Shown piece after piece: positions 11,508-27,092 of a stretch of DNA of 64,000 bases (the stretch's first letter is position 1; every line of letters starts with the position of its first letter). Source of the stretch: Eledone cirrhosa. Its lineage: Eukaryota. The notes below the pieces were generated by a model. The model was not told the DNA's origin. It saw only the letters and a program-made list of their open reading frames with translations, and did not search any database. The stretch lies in assembly GCA_964016885.1 (NCBI GenBank), contig OZ024743.1:113336001-113400000 (forward strand), given 5' to 3'. The translations under genes and the position numbers were made by a program.

Positions 11508-12714
11508 TATATAGTATTGTCCTCTAATATTTTCCAATCTAGCTATTTGTGTGTTGTGTCAATGTACTAAGCTACAATCACTCCTTGTAAATGCATGGCA
11601 AGTCTGTGAGAAAGTGTTGTACTTGTTCCAGTGGCCCAAAGAATATAAGTTATGATGAGAGAGAAAGAGAAAGATTTTGTTATTGGACTATTTCACGGAA
11701 AAATATAATGGCAAAAATATATTATTTGAAACAACATATATATTCAATGTTTCTGTGTGTGTATATATATATATATATATGCATGTGTATGTATATATAA
11801 ACTTATATATGTAACTTTGTAAATGTTACGATCAAAGAATGCTACATTCCCAACTCACTGTCTGTCAAAATCTTTCTGACTTTAAAAAAATCTCAATTCA
11901 CCTTTCATCATTTTTTACTCTACCGATATTTCTTTATCTTCTTTCCAACATCTATTCACACAACACTGAGAATTAGATGTCTATGTAATATGCATGTGTC
12001 TGTGTTTACTCCTCTCTCAACCTCACTTATTGTTTATCTCTTGTGATGTGTTTCTCTATTTCTCTATGTATTCCTCCTTTTCTAAGTCTCTCTCTCTCTC
12101 TCATTCTCTTTCTTTTTCTCATCCTTTCTTTTATCCTCTTTCTCTTTATTTCTCACACTCTATCCCTTTCTACAGGGCGAAGCTAGAGAGAATATTACAA
12201 AACAAAATGGCCAGATTTTCTTACATTGCATATGGAAAAATAAAAAAAGGAATTGAATTTAATATAAATTACTATTCATACATCCAAATAAATGTAACAA
12301 TTACCTGTCTGGTGAGGTGAAGACCAATGATTGGTAGGTATTCATTTTCTAATTTCTGTGTGTCTGTGTATAAAGTGGACACACACACAAGCAACTACTA
12401 TTTATAAGGAAATATAAAGTACTTTGGCTGTACATATCACTGGTAATTTCTTTAAATTCTATTACACACACACACACACATACATAGAGTAATGTAAATG
12501 CTAAAGGGTTAAGGACAAATTTGGAAGGGTTTGTTAAAATCATTAGTTATTTCATTATTAAGGTGCTAATTGTAACATACATAACTTAAAAAGCATGAAA
12601 TTATGTTGGAAGGTTTTAATTTAAATAGAAGCCTTTTAAAATGGATAGTTTTGTTTCATAGATCCTAGGTGGCTTTGAGTGGGTTGGTATAAAAGAGTTA
12701 AAGGCAAAATCATT

Positions 12715-12930
12715 ATCATCATCATTTCTGTTTACCGTCAATTCTTCCATGCTTTAGACGGGTCGTCCACGTTGGAAGGCAAGTCTGGCCATGGTTGGCC
12801 ATGTCGCACCTTGCTCCGGCGAGGACTGTAAATTTGGCCGGGTATTTTACAGCTGGATGCCTTTTCTAACACCAACCACATTTACAGTGTGGAACTGGAT
12901 GGCTCTGTCATGAGGAGGGACAGGCCAGTT
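12715..12930 (-). mobile_element. Truncated RTE 3' UTR copy
   Basis: cagctggatgccttttctaacaccaaccacatttacagtgtgg. Confidence 0.7.
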
Positions 12931-13107
12931 GGCCGTGCCGAACCGATCTCACAATGGAACCATAGTTTAGGAGCCCAGCCCTGGATGGCACAGATACGAA
13001 GCGCTTAACTCATCTCACAGCGTAGTCACCATTTTAGGGTCTGGTACTGGATGAGGAGGGACAGGTGTGGGGCATATGTAAAACTGTGTTGATTTGGATG
13101 CTGATAT

Positions 13108-13525
13108 ATTAAAAAGAGAAAGTTGTTTAATGAATATGTTCTGCCGGTGATGACTTATGGAAGTGAGACATGGGTACTCAATACCACCACTGCAGAGACT
13201 CTTGCAGTGACCCAACATAAAATGGAGTGAATCATGCTCAGCATCACCTTATGTGACTGAAGAGCAACACTTGGATTCAACAGTAGACTGGAATGAAGGG
13301 CATAAGACCATCAAGAAGGACAAACAAATAGATGGGCTGGCCACATCTCTCATCTCAGAGACAACAGATGGACTATTAGACTGACAGAGTGGACACCAAG
13401 ATGGTGGCCAAAGGGAAGATGGTATGACAATCTGACCTGATACCTCAGCACCACATGGCCCAGTATGGCTAGAGAGAGGAAGCAGTGGAAGTCAACCAGG
13501 GAGGGGTTCCTCCAATATGAGTGAG
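13108..13525 (+). mobile_element. Decayed RTE 3' ORF (another family)
   Basis: LKRKLFNEYVLPVMTYGSETWVLN...RWAGHISHLRDNRWTIRLTEWTPR, with stops and frameshifts. Confidence 0.8.
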
Positions 13526-13589
13526 AAAATCCTAGATTTGGATGTCAAAAAGTAAAATAGTTATTCAATAAACTGTTGTTGTTGGCCTT

Positions 13590-14120
13590 CCATTGTTTCT
13601 GACAAGTACTCCAGTTGATTCAATCAAAAGAACTGCTTGCTCATGCTATAAACATGCAAGTGGCTGAACATTTCTTCAAACATGTGCACCCTTAACCCTT
13701 TAGTATTTACATTAATCTATATTTACTATTGTATTTTTATGGTAAAGGCTTTACCTCACATAATTATCTCACATAATATTGAATCTATGAGATTTTGATA
13801 TTATTTATTTTGAGGACAATACCTTAACATCAGTATGAGTGGCTGGTTACAGCTGGTTCAAACCGAAAGAGGTGAGAAAATTCTGGCCAGATACAGCCAG
13901 TTTAAATGCTAAAGGGTTGACATAATTGTCAGGGAGATTCAGTTTGATGCAATGTGACAAGGCTGACCCCATAAATTACATGTACAACTCATTTTTTCTA
14001 GCTGAGTGGATTAGAGTTACATGTAATAAAGTGTTTTACTGAAAGACACAATACACTGCCAAAGCTGGAAATTGAACTTACAACCTTATGAGCTGAACAC
14101 CCTAAGCATGCACCTTCACT
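13590..14120 (-). mobile_element. tRNA/CORE-like SINE interrupted by a MITE
   Basis: Homologous to 40610-40850; split at TTAA by the MITE at 13692-13920. Confidence 0.7.
13692..13920 (+). mobile_element. piggyBac-type MITE nested in a SINE
   Basis: TTAA..TTGA ends; the empty site CCCTTAAC is seen in the SINE copy near 40670. Confidence 0.85.
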
Positions 14121-14142
14121 ATTCATTAATCATAAATCATAG

Positions 14143-14330
14143 GGCGGTGGATTGGCAGTATCGGTAGAAGGTCGGACGCCATGTTTTCCAGCATAGTTAC
14201 GTCCCTTTACGATCTGAGTTCAAATCCCGCCGAGGTTGACTTTGCCTTTCATCCTTACGGGGTCGATAAAATAAAGTACCAGTAATGCACTGAGTAATTG
14301 CTGGCCTTGTGCCTAAAGTAGAAACAATTA
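14143..14330 (+). mobile_element. Full-length Meta/MESC-like SINE with 15-bp TSD
   Basis: ATTAATCATAAATCA at 14125-14139 and 14327-14341. Confidence 0.88.
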
Positions 14331-14749
14331 ATCATAAATCAATAATATAAGCAGTAAACTGAGATAAGTACTTGGGATTGACATGGTAGATTATAAAACC
14401 TGTGTGTATGTGTATGAGTTAGAAATCAGAATTAGTGTGTGTGTGAATGTATCTGAATCAGTGTGTGATAGAATCGGAGTGTGTATGTGTCAGAAGCAAA
14501 GTGTGTGTGTGTGTGTGGGTGCCAGAAACGAAGTATGTCAGTGTGTGTGTATCAGAATTGTAGTGAGACATGTTCCAGTCTGGCCAGTGTCCAATACATG
14601 AAACCAGTTAATATAACAAAAGAATACAGCTTCATACATTGTTCTAATGAGATCATTTCACAATCTGGCACAGCCGCTGCTGAAACTTCTGGTACAATTA
14701 CACACACATACATACTGATATACACTCATACACATGCACTAACACAGAC

Positions 14750-17700
14750 ACATACACTCCAATTCTAAGACACACTCCAATTCTGACACACACACATCCA
14801 CTTTCACACCAATCTTAACATGCATTTACACACTCTAATTCTAACATACACTCACTCACACCAATTCTGACACACACACTCACACCAATTCTGACACACT
14901 CACTCACACCAATTCTGACACACACACTCACACCAATTCTGACACACACACTCACACCATTTCTGACACACACACTCACACCATTTCTGACACACACACT
15001 CACACCAATTCTGACACACTCACACACACCAATTCTGACACACACACTCACACCATTTCTGACACACTCACTCACACCAACTCTGACACACACACTCACA
15101 CCAATTCTGACACACACACTCACACCATTTCTGACACACACACTCACACCAATTCTGACACACACACTCACACCAATTCTGACACACACACTCACACCAA
15201 TTCTGACACACACACTCACACCAATTCTGACACACACACTCACACCAATTCTGACACGCACTCACAGCAATTCTGACACACTCACTCACACCAATTCTGA
15301 CACACACACTCACACCAATTCTGACACACACTCACACCAATTCTGACACACTCACTCACACCAATTCTGACACACACACTCACACCAATTCTAACACACA
15401 CTCACACCAATTCTGACACACACACTCACACCAATTCTGACACACACTCACACCAATTCTGACACACACTCACGCCAATTCTGACACACACTCACACCAA
15501 TTCTGACACACACACTCACACCAATTCTGACACACACTCACACCAATTCTGACACACACACTCACACGAATTCTGACACACACACTCACACCAATTCTGA
15601 CACACACACTCATACCAATTCTGAAACACACACCCACACAAATTCTGACACACGCACACACACCAATTCTGACACGCACTCACACAAATTCTGACACACA
15701 CACTCACACCATTTCTGATACACACACTCACACCAATTCTGACACACACACTCACACACCAATTCTGACACACACACTCACACCAATTCTGACACACACA
15801 CTCACACCAATTCTGACACACACACTCACACCAATTCTAACACACTCACACCATTTCTGACACACACACTCACACCAATTCTGACACACACACTCACACC
15901 AATTCTGACACACGCACTCACAGCAATTCTGACACACTCACTCACACCAATTCTGACACACACACTCACACCAATTCTGACACACACACTCACACAAATT
16001 CTGACACACACACACACCAATTCTGACACACACACTCACACCAATTCTAACACACACACTCACACCAATTCTGACACACACACTCACACCAATTCTGACA
16101 CGCACTCACAGCAATTCTGACACACTCACTCACACCAATTCTGACACACACACTCACACCAATTCTGACACACACTCACACCAATTCTGACACACTCACT
16201 CACACCAATTCTGACACACACACTCACACCAATTCTGACATACATACTGATATACACTCATACACATGCACTAAAACAGACACATACACTCCAATTCTGA
16301 CACACACACATCCACTTTCACACCAATCTTAACATGCATTTACACACTCTAATTCTAACATACACTCACTCACACCAATTCTGACACACACACTCACACC
16401 ATTTCTGACACACACACTCACACCAATTCTGACACACTCACTCACACCAATTCTGACACACACACTCACACCAATTCTGACACACTCACTCACACCAATT
16501 CTGACACACTCACTCACACCATTTCTGACACACACTCACTCACACCATTTCTGACACACACTCACTCACACCAATTCTGACACACACACTCACACCATTT
16601 CTGACACACACACTCACACCAATTCTGACACACTCACACACACCAATTCTGACACACACACTCACACCAATTCTGACACACTCACTCACACCAATTCTGA
16701 CACACACACTCACACCAATTCTGACACACACTCACACCAATTCTGACACACTCACTCACACCAGTTCTGACACACACACTCACACCAATTCTGACACACA
16801 CACTCACACCAATTCTGACACACACACTCACACCAATTCTAACACACACTCACACCAATTCTGACACACACTCACACCAATTCTGACACACTCACTCACA
16901 CCAATTCTGACACACACACTCACACCATTTCTGACACACACACTCACACCAATTCTGACACACACACTCACACCAATTCTGACACACACACACACACCAA
17001 TTCTGACACACTCACTCACACCAATTCTGACACACACACTCACACCATTTCTGACACACACACTCACACCATTTCTGACACACACACTCACACCATTTCT
17101 GACACACACACTCACACCAATTCTGACACACTCACACACACCAATTCTGACACACACACTCACACCATTTCTGACACACTCACTCACACCAACTCTGACA
17201 CACACACTGACACCAATTCTGACACACACACTCACACCATTTCTGACACACAAACTCACACCAATTCTGACACACACACTCACACCAATTCTGACACACA
17301 CACTCACACCAATTCTGACACACACACTCACACCAATTCTGACACACACACTCACACCAATTCTAACACACACTCACACCAATTCTGACACACTCACTCA
17401 CACCAATTCTGACACACACACTCACACCAATTCTGACACACTCACACACACCAATTCTGACACACACACTCACACCAATTCTGACACACTCACTCACACC
17501 AATTCTGACACACACACTCACACCAATTCTGACACACACTCACACCAATTCTGACACACTCACTCACACCAATTCTGACACACACACTCACACCAATTCT
17601 GACACACACACTCACACCAATTCTGAAACACACACTCACACCAATTCTAACACACACTCACACCAATTCTGACACACACTCACACCAATTCTGACACACT

Positions 17701-20700
17701 CACTCACACCAATTCTGACACACACACTCACACCATTTCTGACACACACACTCACACCAATTCTGACACACACACTCACACCAATTCTGACACACACACA
17801 CACACCAATTCTGACACACTCACTCACACCAATTCTGACACACACTCACACCATTTCTGACACACACACTCACACCATTTCTGACACACACACTCACACC
17901 ATTTCTGACACACACACTCACACCAATTCTGACACACTCACACACACCAATTCTGACACACACACTCACACCATTTCTGACACACTCACTCACACCAACT
18001 CTGACACACACACTCACACCAATTCTGACACACAGACTCACACCATTTCTGACACACACACTCACACCAATTCTGACACACACACTCACACCAATTCTGA
18101 CACACACACTCACACCAATTCTGACACACACACTCACACCAATTCTGACACACACACTCACACCAATTCTAACACACACTCACACCAATTCTGACACACT
18201 CACTCACACCAATTCTGACACACACACTCACACCAATTCTAACACACACTCACACCAATTCTGACACACACACTCACACCAATTCTGACACACACTCACA
18301 CCAATTCTGACACTCACTCACACCAATTCTAACACACACTCACACCAATTCTGACACACTCACTCACACGAATTCTGACACACACACTCACACGAATTCT
18401 GACACACACACTCACACCAATTCTGACACACACACTCACACCAATTCTGACACACACACTCACACCAATTCTGACACACACACTCACACCAATTCTGATA
18501 CACACACTCACACCAATTCTGACACACACACTCACACACCAATTCTGACACACACACTCACACCAATTCTGACACACACACTCACACCAATTCTGACACA
18601 CACACTCACACCAATTCTAACACACACACTCACACCATTTCTGACACACACACTCACACCAATTCTGACACACACACTCACACCAATTCTGACACACGCA
18701 CTCACAGCAATTCTGACACACTCACTCACACCAATTCTAACACACACACTCACACCAATTCTGACACACACACTCACACCAATTCTGACACACACACACA
18801 CCAATTCTGACACACACACTCACACCAATTCTAACACACACACTCACACCATTTCTGACACACACACTCACACCAATTCTGACACACACTCACACCAATT
18901 CTGACACACACTCACACACACCAATTCTGACACACACTCACACACACCAATACTAACACACACACTCACACCAATTCTGACACACTCACTCACACCAATT
19001 CTGACACACACTCACACCAATTCTGACACACACACTCACACCAACTCTGACACACTCACTCACACCAATTCTGACACACACACTCACAACATTTCTGACA
19101 CACACACTCACACCAATTCTGACACACACACTCACACCATTTCTGACACACACACTCACACCAATTCTGACACACTCACACACACCAATTCTGACACACA
19201 TACTCACACCATTTCTGACACACTCACTCACACCAATTCTGACACACACACTCACACCAATTCTGACACACACACTCACACCATTTCTGACACACACACT
19301 CACACCAATTCTGACACACACACTCACACCAATTCTGACACACACACTCACACCAATTCTGACACACACACTCACACCAATTCTGACACACACACTCACA
19401 CCAATTCTAACACATACTCACACCAATTCTGACACACTCACTCACACCAATTCTGACACACACACTCACACCAATTCTAACACACACTCACACCAATTCT
19501 GACACACACACTCACACCAATTCTGACACCCACTCACACCAATTCTGACACACACTCACACCAATTCTGACACACACTCACACCAATTCTGACACACACA
19601 CTCACACCAATTCTGACACACACTCACACCAATTCTGACACACACACTCACACCAATTCTGACACACACACTCACACCAATTCTGACACACAAACTCACA
19701 CCAATTCTAACACACACTCACACCAATTCTGACACACTCACTCACACGAATTCTGACACACACACTCACACCAATTCTGACACACACACTCTCACGAATT
19801 CTGACACACACACTCACACCAATTCTGACACACACACTCACACGAATTCTGACACACACACCCACACCAATTCTGACACACGCACACACACCAATTCTGA
19901 CACGCACTCACACCAATTCTGACACACACACTCACACCATTTCTGATACACACACTCACACCAATTCTGACACACACACTCACACACCAATTCTGACACA
20001 CACACTCACACCAATTCTGACACACACACTCACACCAATTCTGACACACGCACTCACAGCAATTCTGACACACTCACTCACACCAATTCTGACACACACA
20101 CTCACACCAATTCTGACACACACACTCACACCAATTCTGACACACACACACACCAATTCTGACACACACACTCACACCAATTCTAACACACACACTCACA
20201 CCAATTCTGACACACACACTCACACCAATTCTGACACGCACTCACAGCAATTCTGACACACTCACTCACACCAATTCTGACACACACACTCACACCAATT
20301 CTGACACACACACTCACACCAATTCTGACACACACACACACCAATTCTGACACACACACTCACACCAATTCTAACACACACACTCACACCAATTCTGACA
20401 CACACACTCACACCAATTCTGACACACACTCACACCAATTCTGACACACACTCACACACACCAATTCTGACACACACTCACACACACCAATTCTAACACA
20501 CACACTCACACCAATTCTGACACACACACTCACAACATTTCTGACACACACACTCACACCAATTCTGACACACACACTCACACCATTTCTGACACACACA
20601 CTCACACCAATTCTGACACACACACTCACACCAATTCTGACACACACACACACACACCAATTCTGACACACTCACTCACACCAATTCTGACACACACACT

Positions 20701-23700
20701 CACACCATTTCTGACACACACACTCACACCAATTCTGACACACACAGTCACACCATTTATGACACACACACTCACACCAATTCTGACACACTCACACACA
20801 CCAATTCTGACACACATACTCACACCATTTCTGACACACTCACTCACACCAATTCTGACACACACACTCACACCAATTCTGACACACACACTCACACCAT
20901 TTCTGACACACACACTCACACCAATTCTGACACACACACTCACACCAATTCTGACACACACACTCACACCAATTCTGACACAAACACTCACACCAATTCT
21001 GACACACACACTCACACCAATTCTAACACATACTCACACCAATTCTGACACACTCACTCACACCAATTCTGACACACACACTCACACCAATTCTAACACA
21101 CACTCACACCAATTCTGACACACACACTCACACCAATTCTGACACACACTCACACCAATTCTGACACACACTCACACCAATTCTGACACACACTCACACC
21201 AATTCTGACACACACACTCACACCAATTCTGACACACACTCACACCAATTCTGACACACACACTCACACCAATTCTGACACACACTCACACCAATTCTAA
21301 CACACACTCACACCAATTCTGACACACTCACTCACACGAATTCTGACACACACACTCACACCAATTCTGACACACGCACTCACACCAATTCTGACACACA
21401 CACTCACACGAATTCTGACACACACACTCACACGAATTCTGACACACACACTCACACGAATTCTGACACACACACCCACACCAATTCTGACACACGCACA
21501 CACACCAATTCTGACACACACACTCACACCATTTCTGATACACACACTCACACCAATTCTGACACACACACTCACACACCCATTCTGACACACACACTCA
21601 CACCAATTCTGACACACACACTCACACCAATTCTGACACACACACTCACACCAATTCTAACCCACACACTCACACCATTTCTGACACACACACTCACACC
21701 AATTCTGACACACACACTCACACCAATTCTGACACACGCACTCACAGCAATTCTGACACACTCACTCACACCAATTCTGACACACACACTCACACCAATT
21801 CTGACACACTCACTCACACCAATTCTGACACACGCACTCACACCAATTCTGACACACTCACTCACATCAATTCTGACACACACTCTCACACCAATTCTGA
21901 CACACTCACTCACACCAATCCTGACACACACTCACACCAATTCTGACACACACTCACACCAATTCTGACACACACACTCACACCATTTCTGAGACACACT
22001 CACACCAATTCTGACACACTCACACACACCAATTCTGACACACACACTCACTCACACCAATTCTGACACACGCTCACACACACCAATTCTGACACACACA
22101 CTCACTCACACCAATTCTGACACACACACTCACTCACACCAATTCTGACATACACACTCACACACACCAATTCTGACACACACACTCACACACACCAATT
22201 CTGACACACATACTCACACACACCAATTCTGACACACACACTCACACACACCAATTCTGACACATACACTCACACACACCAATTCTGACACACACTCACA
22301 CCAATTCTGACACACACTCACACACACCAATTCTGACACACACTCACACACACCAATTCTAACACACACACTCACACCAATTCTGACACACACACTCACA
22401 ACATTTCTGACACACACACTCACACCAATTCTGACACACACACTCACACCATTTCTGACACACACACTCACACCAATTCTGACACACACACTCACACCAA
22501 TTCTGACACACACACACACACACCAATTCTGACACACTCACTCACACCAATTCTGACACACACACTCACACCATTTCTGACACACACACTCACACCAATT
22601 CTGACACACACAGTCACACCATTTATGACACACACACTCACACCAATTCTGACACACTCACACACACCAATTCTGACACACATACTCACACCATTTCTGA
22701 CACACTCACTCACACCAATTCTGACACACACACTCACACCAATTCTGACACACACACTCACACCATTTCTGACACACACACTCACACCAATTCTGACACA
22801 CACACTCACACCAATTCTGACACACACACTCACACCAATTCTGACACAAACACTCACACCAATTCTGACACACACACTCACACCAATTCTAACACATACT
22901 CACACCAATTCTGACACACTCACTCACACCAATTCTGACACACACACTCACACCAATTCTAACACACACTCACACCAATTCTGACACACACACTCACACC
23001 AATTCTGACACACACTCACACCAATTCTGACACACACTCACACCAATTCTGACACACACTCACACCAATTCTGACACACACACTCACACCAATTCTGACA
23101 CACACTCACACCAATTCTGACACACACACTCACACCAATTCTGACACACACTCACACCAATTCTAACACACACTCACACCAATTCTGACACACTCACTCA
23201 CACGAATTCTGACACACACACTCACACCAATTCTGACACACGCACTCACACCAATTCTGACACACACACTCACACGAATTCTGACACACACACTCACACG
23301 AATTCTGACACACACACTCACACGAATTCTGACACACACACCCACACCAATTCTGACACACGCACACACACCAATTCTGACACACACACTCACACCATTT
23401 CTGATACACACACTCACACCAATTCTGACACACACACTCACACACCCATTCTGACACACACACTCACACCAATTCTGACACACACACTCACACCAATTCT
23501 GACACACACACTCACACCAATTCTAACCCACACACTCACACCATTTCTGACACACACACTCACACCAATTCTGACACACACACTCACACCAATTCTGACA
23601 CACGCACTCACAGCAATTCTGACACACTCACTCACACCAATTCTGACACACACACTCACACCAATTCTGACACACTCACTCACACCAATTCTGACACACG

Positions 23701-24790
23701 CACTCACACCAATTCTGACACACTCACTCACACCAATTCTGACACACACTCTCACACCAATTCTGACACACTCACTCACACCAATCCTGACACACACTCA
23801 CACCAATTCTGACACACACTCACACCAATTCTGACACACACACTCACACCATTTCTGAGACACACTCACACCAATTCTGACACACTCACACACACCAATT
23901 CTGACACACACACTCACTCACACCAATTCTGACACACGCTCACACACACCAATTCTGACACACACACTCACTCACACCAATTCTGACACACACACTCACT
24001 CACACCAATTCTGACATACACACTCACACACACCAATTCTGACACACACACTCACACACACCAATTCTGACACACATACTCACACACACCAATTCTGACA
24101 CACACACTCACACACACCAATTCTGACACATACACTCACACACACCAATTCTGACACACACTCTCACACACACCAATTCTGACACACACACTCACACACA
24201 CCAATTCTGACACACTCACTCACACCAATTCTGACACACACACACACACTCACACCAATTCTGACACACACACTCACTCACACCAATTCTGACACACTCA
24301 CACACACCAATTCTGACACACACACTCACACACACCAATTCTGACACACACACTCACACACACCAATTCTGACACACACACTCACTCACACCAATTCTGA
24401 CACACACACTCACACACACCAATTCTGACACACACACTCACACACACCAATTCTGACACACAAACTCACACCAATTCTGACACACACACTCACACACACC
24501 AATTCTGACACACACACTCACTCACACCAATTCTGACACACACACTCACACACACCAATTCTGACACACACACTCACACACACCAATTCTGACACACACA
24601 CTCACACACACCAATTCTGACACACACACTCACACACACCAATTCTGACACACACTCACTCACACCAATTCTGACACACGCACTCACACACTCCAATTTT
24701 GATACAAACTTACACACTCTGATGCTGACACACACACACATACACTAATTCTGATATGCACTCGTGCACTCCAATTTCCGAATCTGACAC
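14750..24790. repeat. ~10-kb minisatellite, 24-bp unit CTCACACCAATTCTGACACACACA (22- and 26-bp variants)
   Basis: Roughly 400 tandem units; 8-aa periodicity (VSVCVRIG / CECVCQNW) in the ORF track. Confidence 0.98.
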
Positions 24791-25674
24791 GTGCACACAC
24801 ACACATACACCAAACATATAAGCATGTAGATATTTGCATATTGACGAACCCATACAACACATTTAGCTAACTCCTCCACTATAGGCTTCCATTAGAACAC
24901 ACCTCCTCTCCCTCTCTTCTCCCCCCTCTTCTCCCTCCACGTCTCCCCCTCCCTATATATACCCCCTCCTCTCCCTATATACCCCGCCCCACCCCCCCAC
25001 CCCATATCCACAGAAAAATACACTATCCTTGAAACACATACTTAACTGACTGAAACACATACTCCCCCACCCCCACCATTGCCACACACTTAGACTTTTG
25101 CTGTTACACACACACATACACACAGGTATATAGACATATACGGGCATACTTGCACACATACACACACACACAGGTATATACACACATGCACTCACACATA
25201 GGTACATTTTATACATACACATGTACACATACAGGCACAGTCACACATGCACACACAGGCCACACACATACACATACACACAGAGGCATACACACATATA
25301 TGCCCATACACTTTAGCAATCTCTCCCTCTCTCTTTTTCTTTCTTTCTCTCACCCTCTCTCTCTCCCACCCACTCTTCTCTTTCTCTCTCTAAGCTAATA
25401 TTTACTCTGTAGTTCTCACTCAAAAACACTGTTTAAAAAGTCAACATAGGATTATTGCAGCTAGATTTAATGCAATTACTTTTGCTTTCTTGGTAATTAT
25501 TTATTTTAATCAACAGATTAAATCCAGCTATATTTAATTTTGGTGTTCATTTGTTTTGTTTAGTTTTCTTCTCATTTTTTTGGAGGGGAGGGGGGTCATT
25601 AACAAAAATTATCAGATTCAAAATGTTAAAATTGCATCCCTTGTAATATGTTACTTGTGCATGCATGCCCTCGT

Positions 25675-25940
25675 GCGCTGCAAGCAGTGCGTTGAGCCGG
25701 TGCTTATCCCAGTTTCATTGTGAGAAGCGACTGAGAGTACAAGATTCCCCCCTGGACAGGACGCCAGTCCATCGCAGGGTTAAACCCCCAGCAATTGCTG
25801 GGACTCATTTTCAGTTGAGTATACAGGAGCAACATGAAATGAAGTATTTTTGCTCAAGAACACAACACACAACCCAGTCAAGGAATCAAATTCATGACAT
25901 TATGATTGCAAGTCCAACACTCTTACCACTAGGCCACCTA
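25675..25940 (-). mobile_element. tRNA/CORE-like SINE with a V-domain-like tail
   Basis: Minus strand: tRNA head, GTGTTCTTGAGCAA..TTGCTCC core, then CCCTGCGATGGACTGGCGTCCTGTCCAGGGG. Confidence 0.65.
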
Positions 25941-26064
25941 CTGGTATTACAGATATATTGTATGAATTCTGGGAGACTGGTAGATACAAGTTGATGCAGT
26001 GACTAAAATTTTATGAAACATTTTTTCATGGTGCATTATTATTTTTATTTAGATAGCTCCTTCA

Positions 26065-26250
26065 ACATTATCTGTTCATTTCCCATGGTTGCATGGTTTG
26101 GACAGGTTTTTCTTCTGAATAGCTTCTCACCATTTGCTGTAGTTCTTTGTCATCTCATTCATTAGGTTAAGCTCTTTTAGATCATTTGTGACCACATCCC
26201 TACATGTCTTCCTTGGTTTTCCTCTCCTGCAGAAGTCCTATGGGAGACCA
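26065..26250 (-). mobile_element. Old RTE 3' end remnant
   Basis: Minus strand CRRGKPRKTCRD-like segment followed by a tail. Confidence 0.5.
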
Positions 26251-26414
26251 GTCTTAAACTCCACTGTTAAGGCCTCAAGAACTATAATAAACAAGATGGG
26301 GTGAAAGTTGAGCCCTGATGAACACATAACCTGCCTCATAAATTCTGAACATGTTGCTAACTCTCACTTGCTGACAGCCTTTCTGCATATATATATATAT
26401 ATGAGATCGAGATT

Positions 26415-26665
26415 GTGTAGGTGTCACGACAAAAAACACACACTCCACGCTGTAATGTGGCCGTGTAGGTAACACAGTAAAAAGTTCCCAGTCCACACTG
26501 TAAATGTAGTTGGTGATAGGAAGGGCATCCAGCCATAGAAAACCTGCCAGATAGTCCTATACGAGCGAGACACGGTCACCCGACCAGCCTTGCCTCAAAT
26601 TGGGACAACTCCCATCTAACCCATGCTAGCGTGGAAGATAGACGTTAAATGATGATGATGATGAT
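26415..26665 (+). mobile_element. Truncated RTE 3' UTR copy
   Basis: Close reverse complement of 1965-2230. Confidence 0.85.
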
Positions 26666-27092
26666 ATATATATATGAAACACCAATTTAAATTTTATATA
26701 TTTGGATCGTTTATATATTTGGTATCGTTAAATTTGCTAAGGTAAGATTCTTTTGTTATCTTGGCGATTTACTGTTCTTCCTAACGCATTGTGTTGGTCT
26801 TCAAAATTTAAATCTGTGTTTCCTATTAAACAATGCCTCAAGCAAGCTACAAAACTCTGTTATATAGATATGCCCAACAGACTACACATATGTGTTTTTT
26901 TTCTCCCCAAATTTGTTTCTCATTTTCCCCCGTTCCTTCCTCTCATCACTCTTTACTTTCTATTTATCTTCTATTTTTCTAACTTTATTTTGTGATCAAG
27001 GACTAGTGTCTGAAACGTTGAGACTGTCTTCCTGTTATTTCAAGCGTTAAACTAATATATTTCTTCCATGTACTGTGCCGATTTTTTTGTTA

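Noticed and set aside
12305-12355. Aspartate aminotransferase exon (EYLPI.GL resemblance)
   Set aside because: The match is only ~7 residues and no other exons were found, so no gene name is assigned.
14750-24790. CRISPR array or Cys-rich (CECVCQNW)n protein gene
   Set aside because: There are no unique spacers or cas genes, and frames shift constantly with 22/26-bp units. It is a minisatellite.
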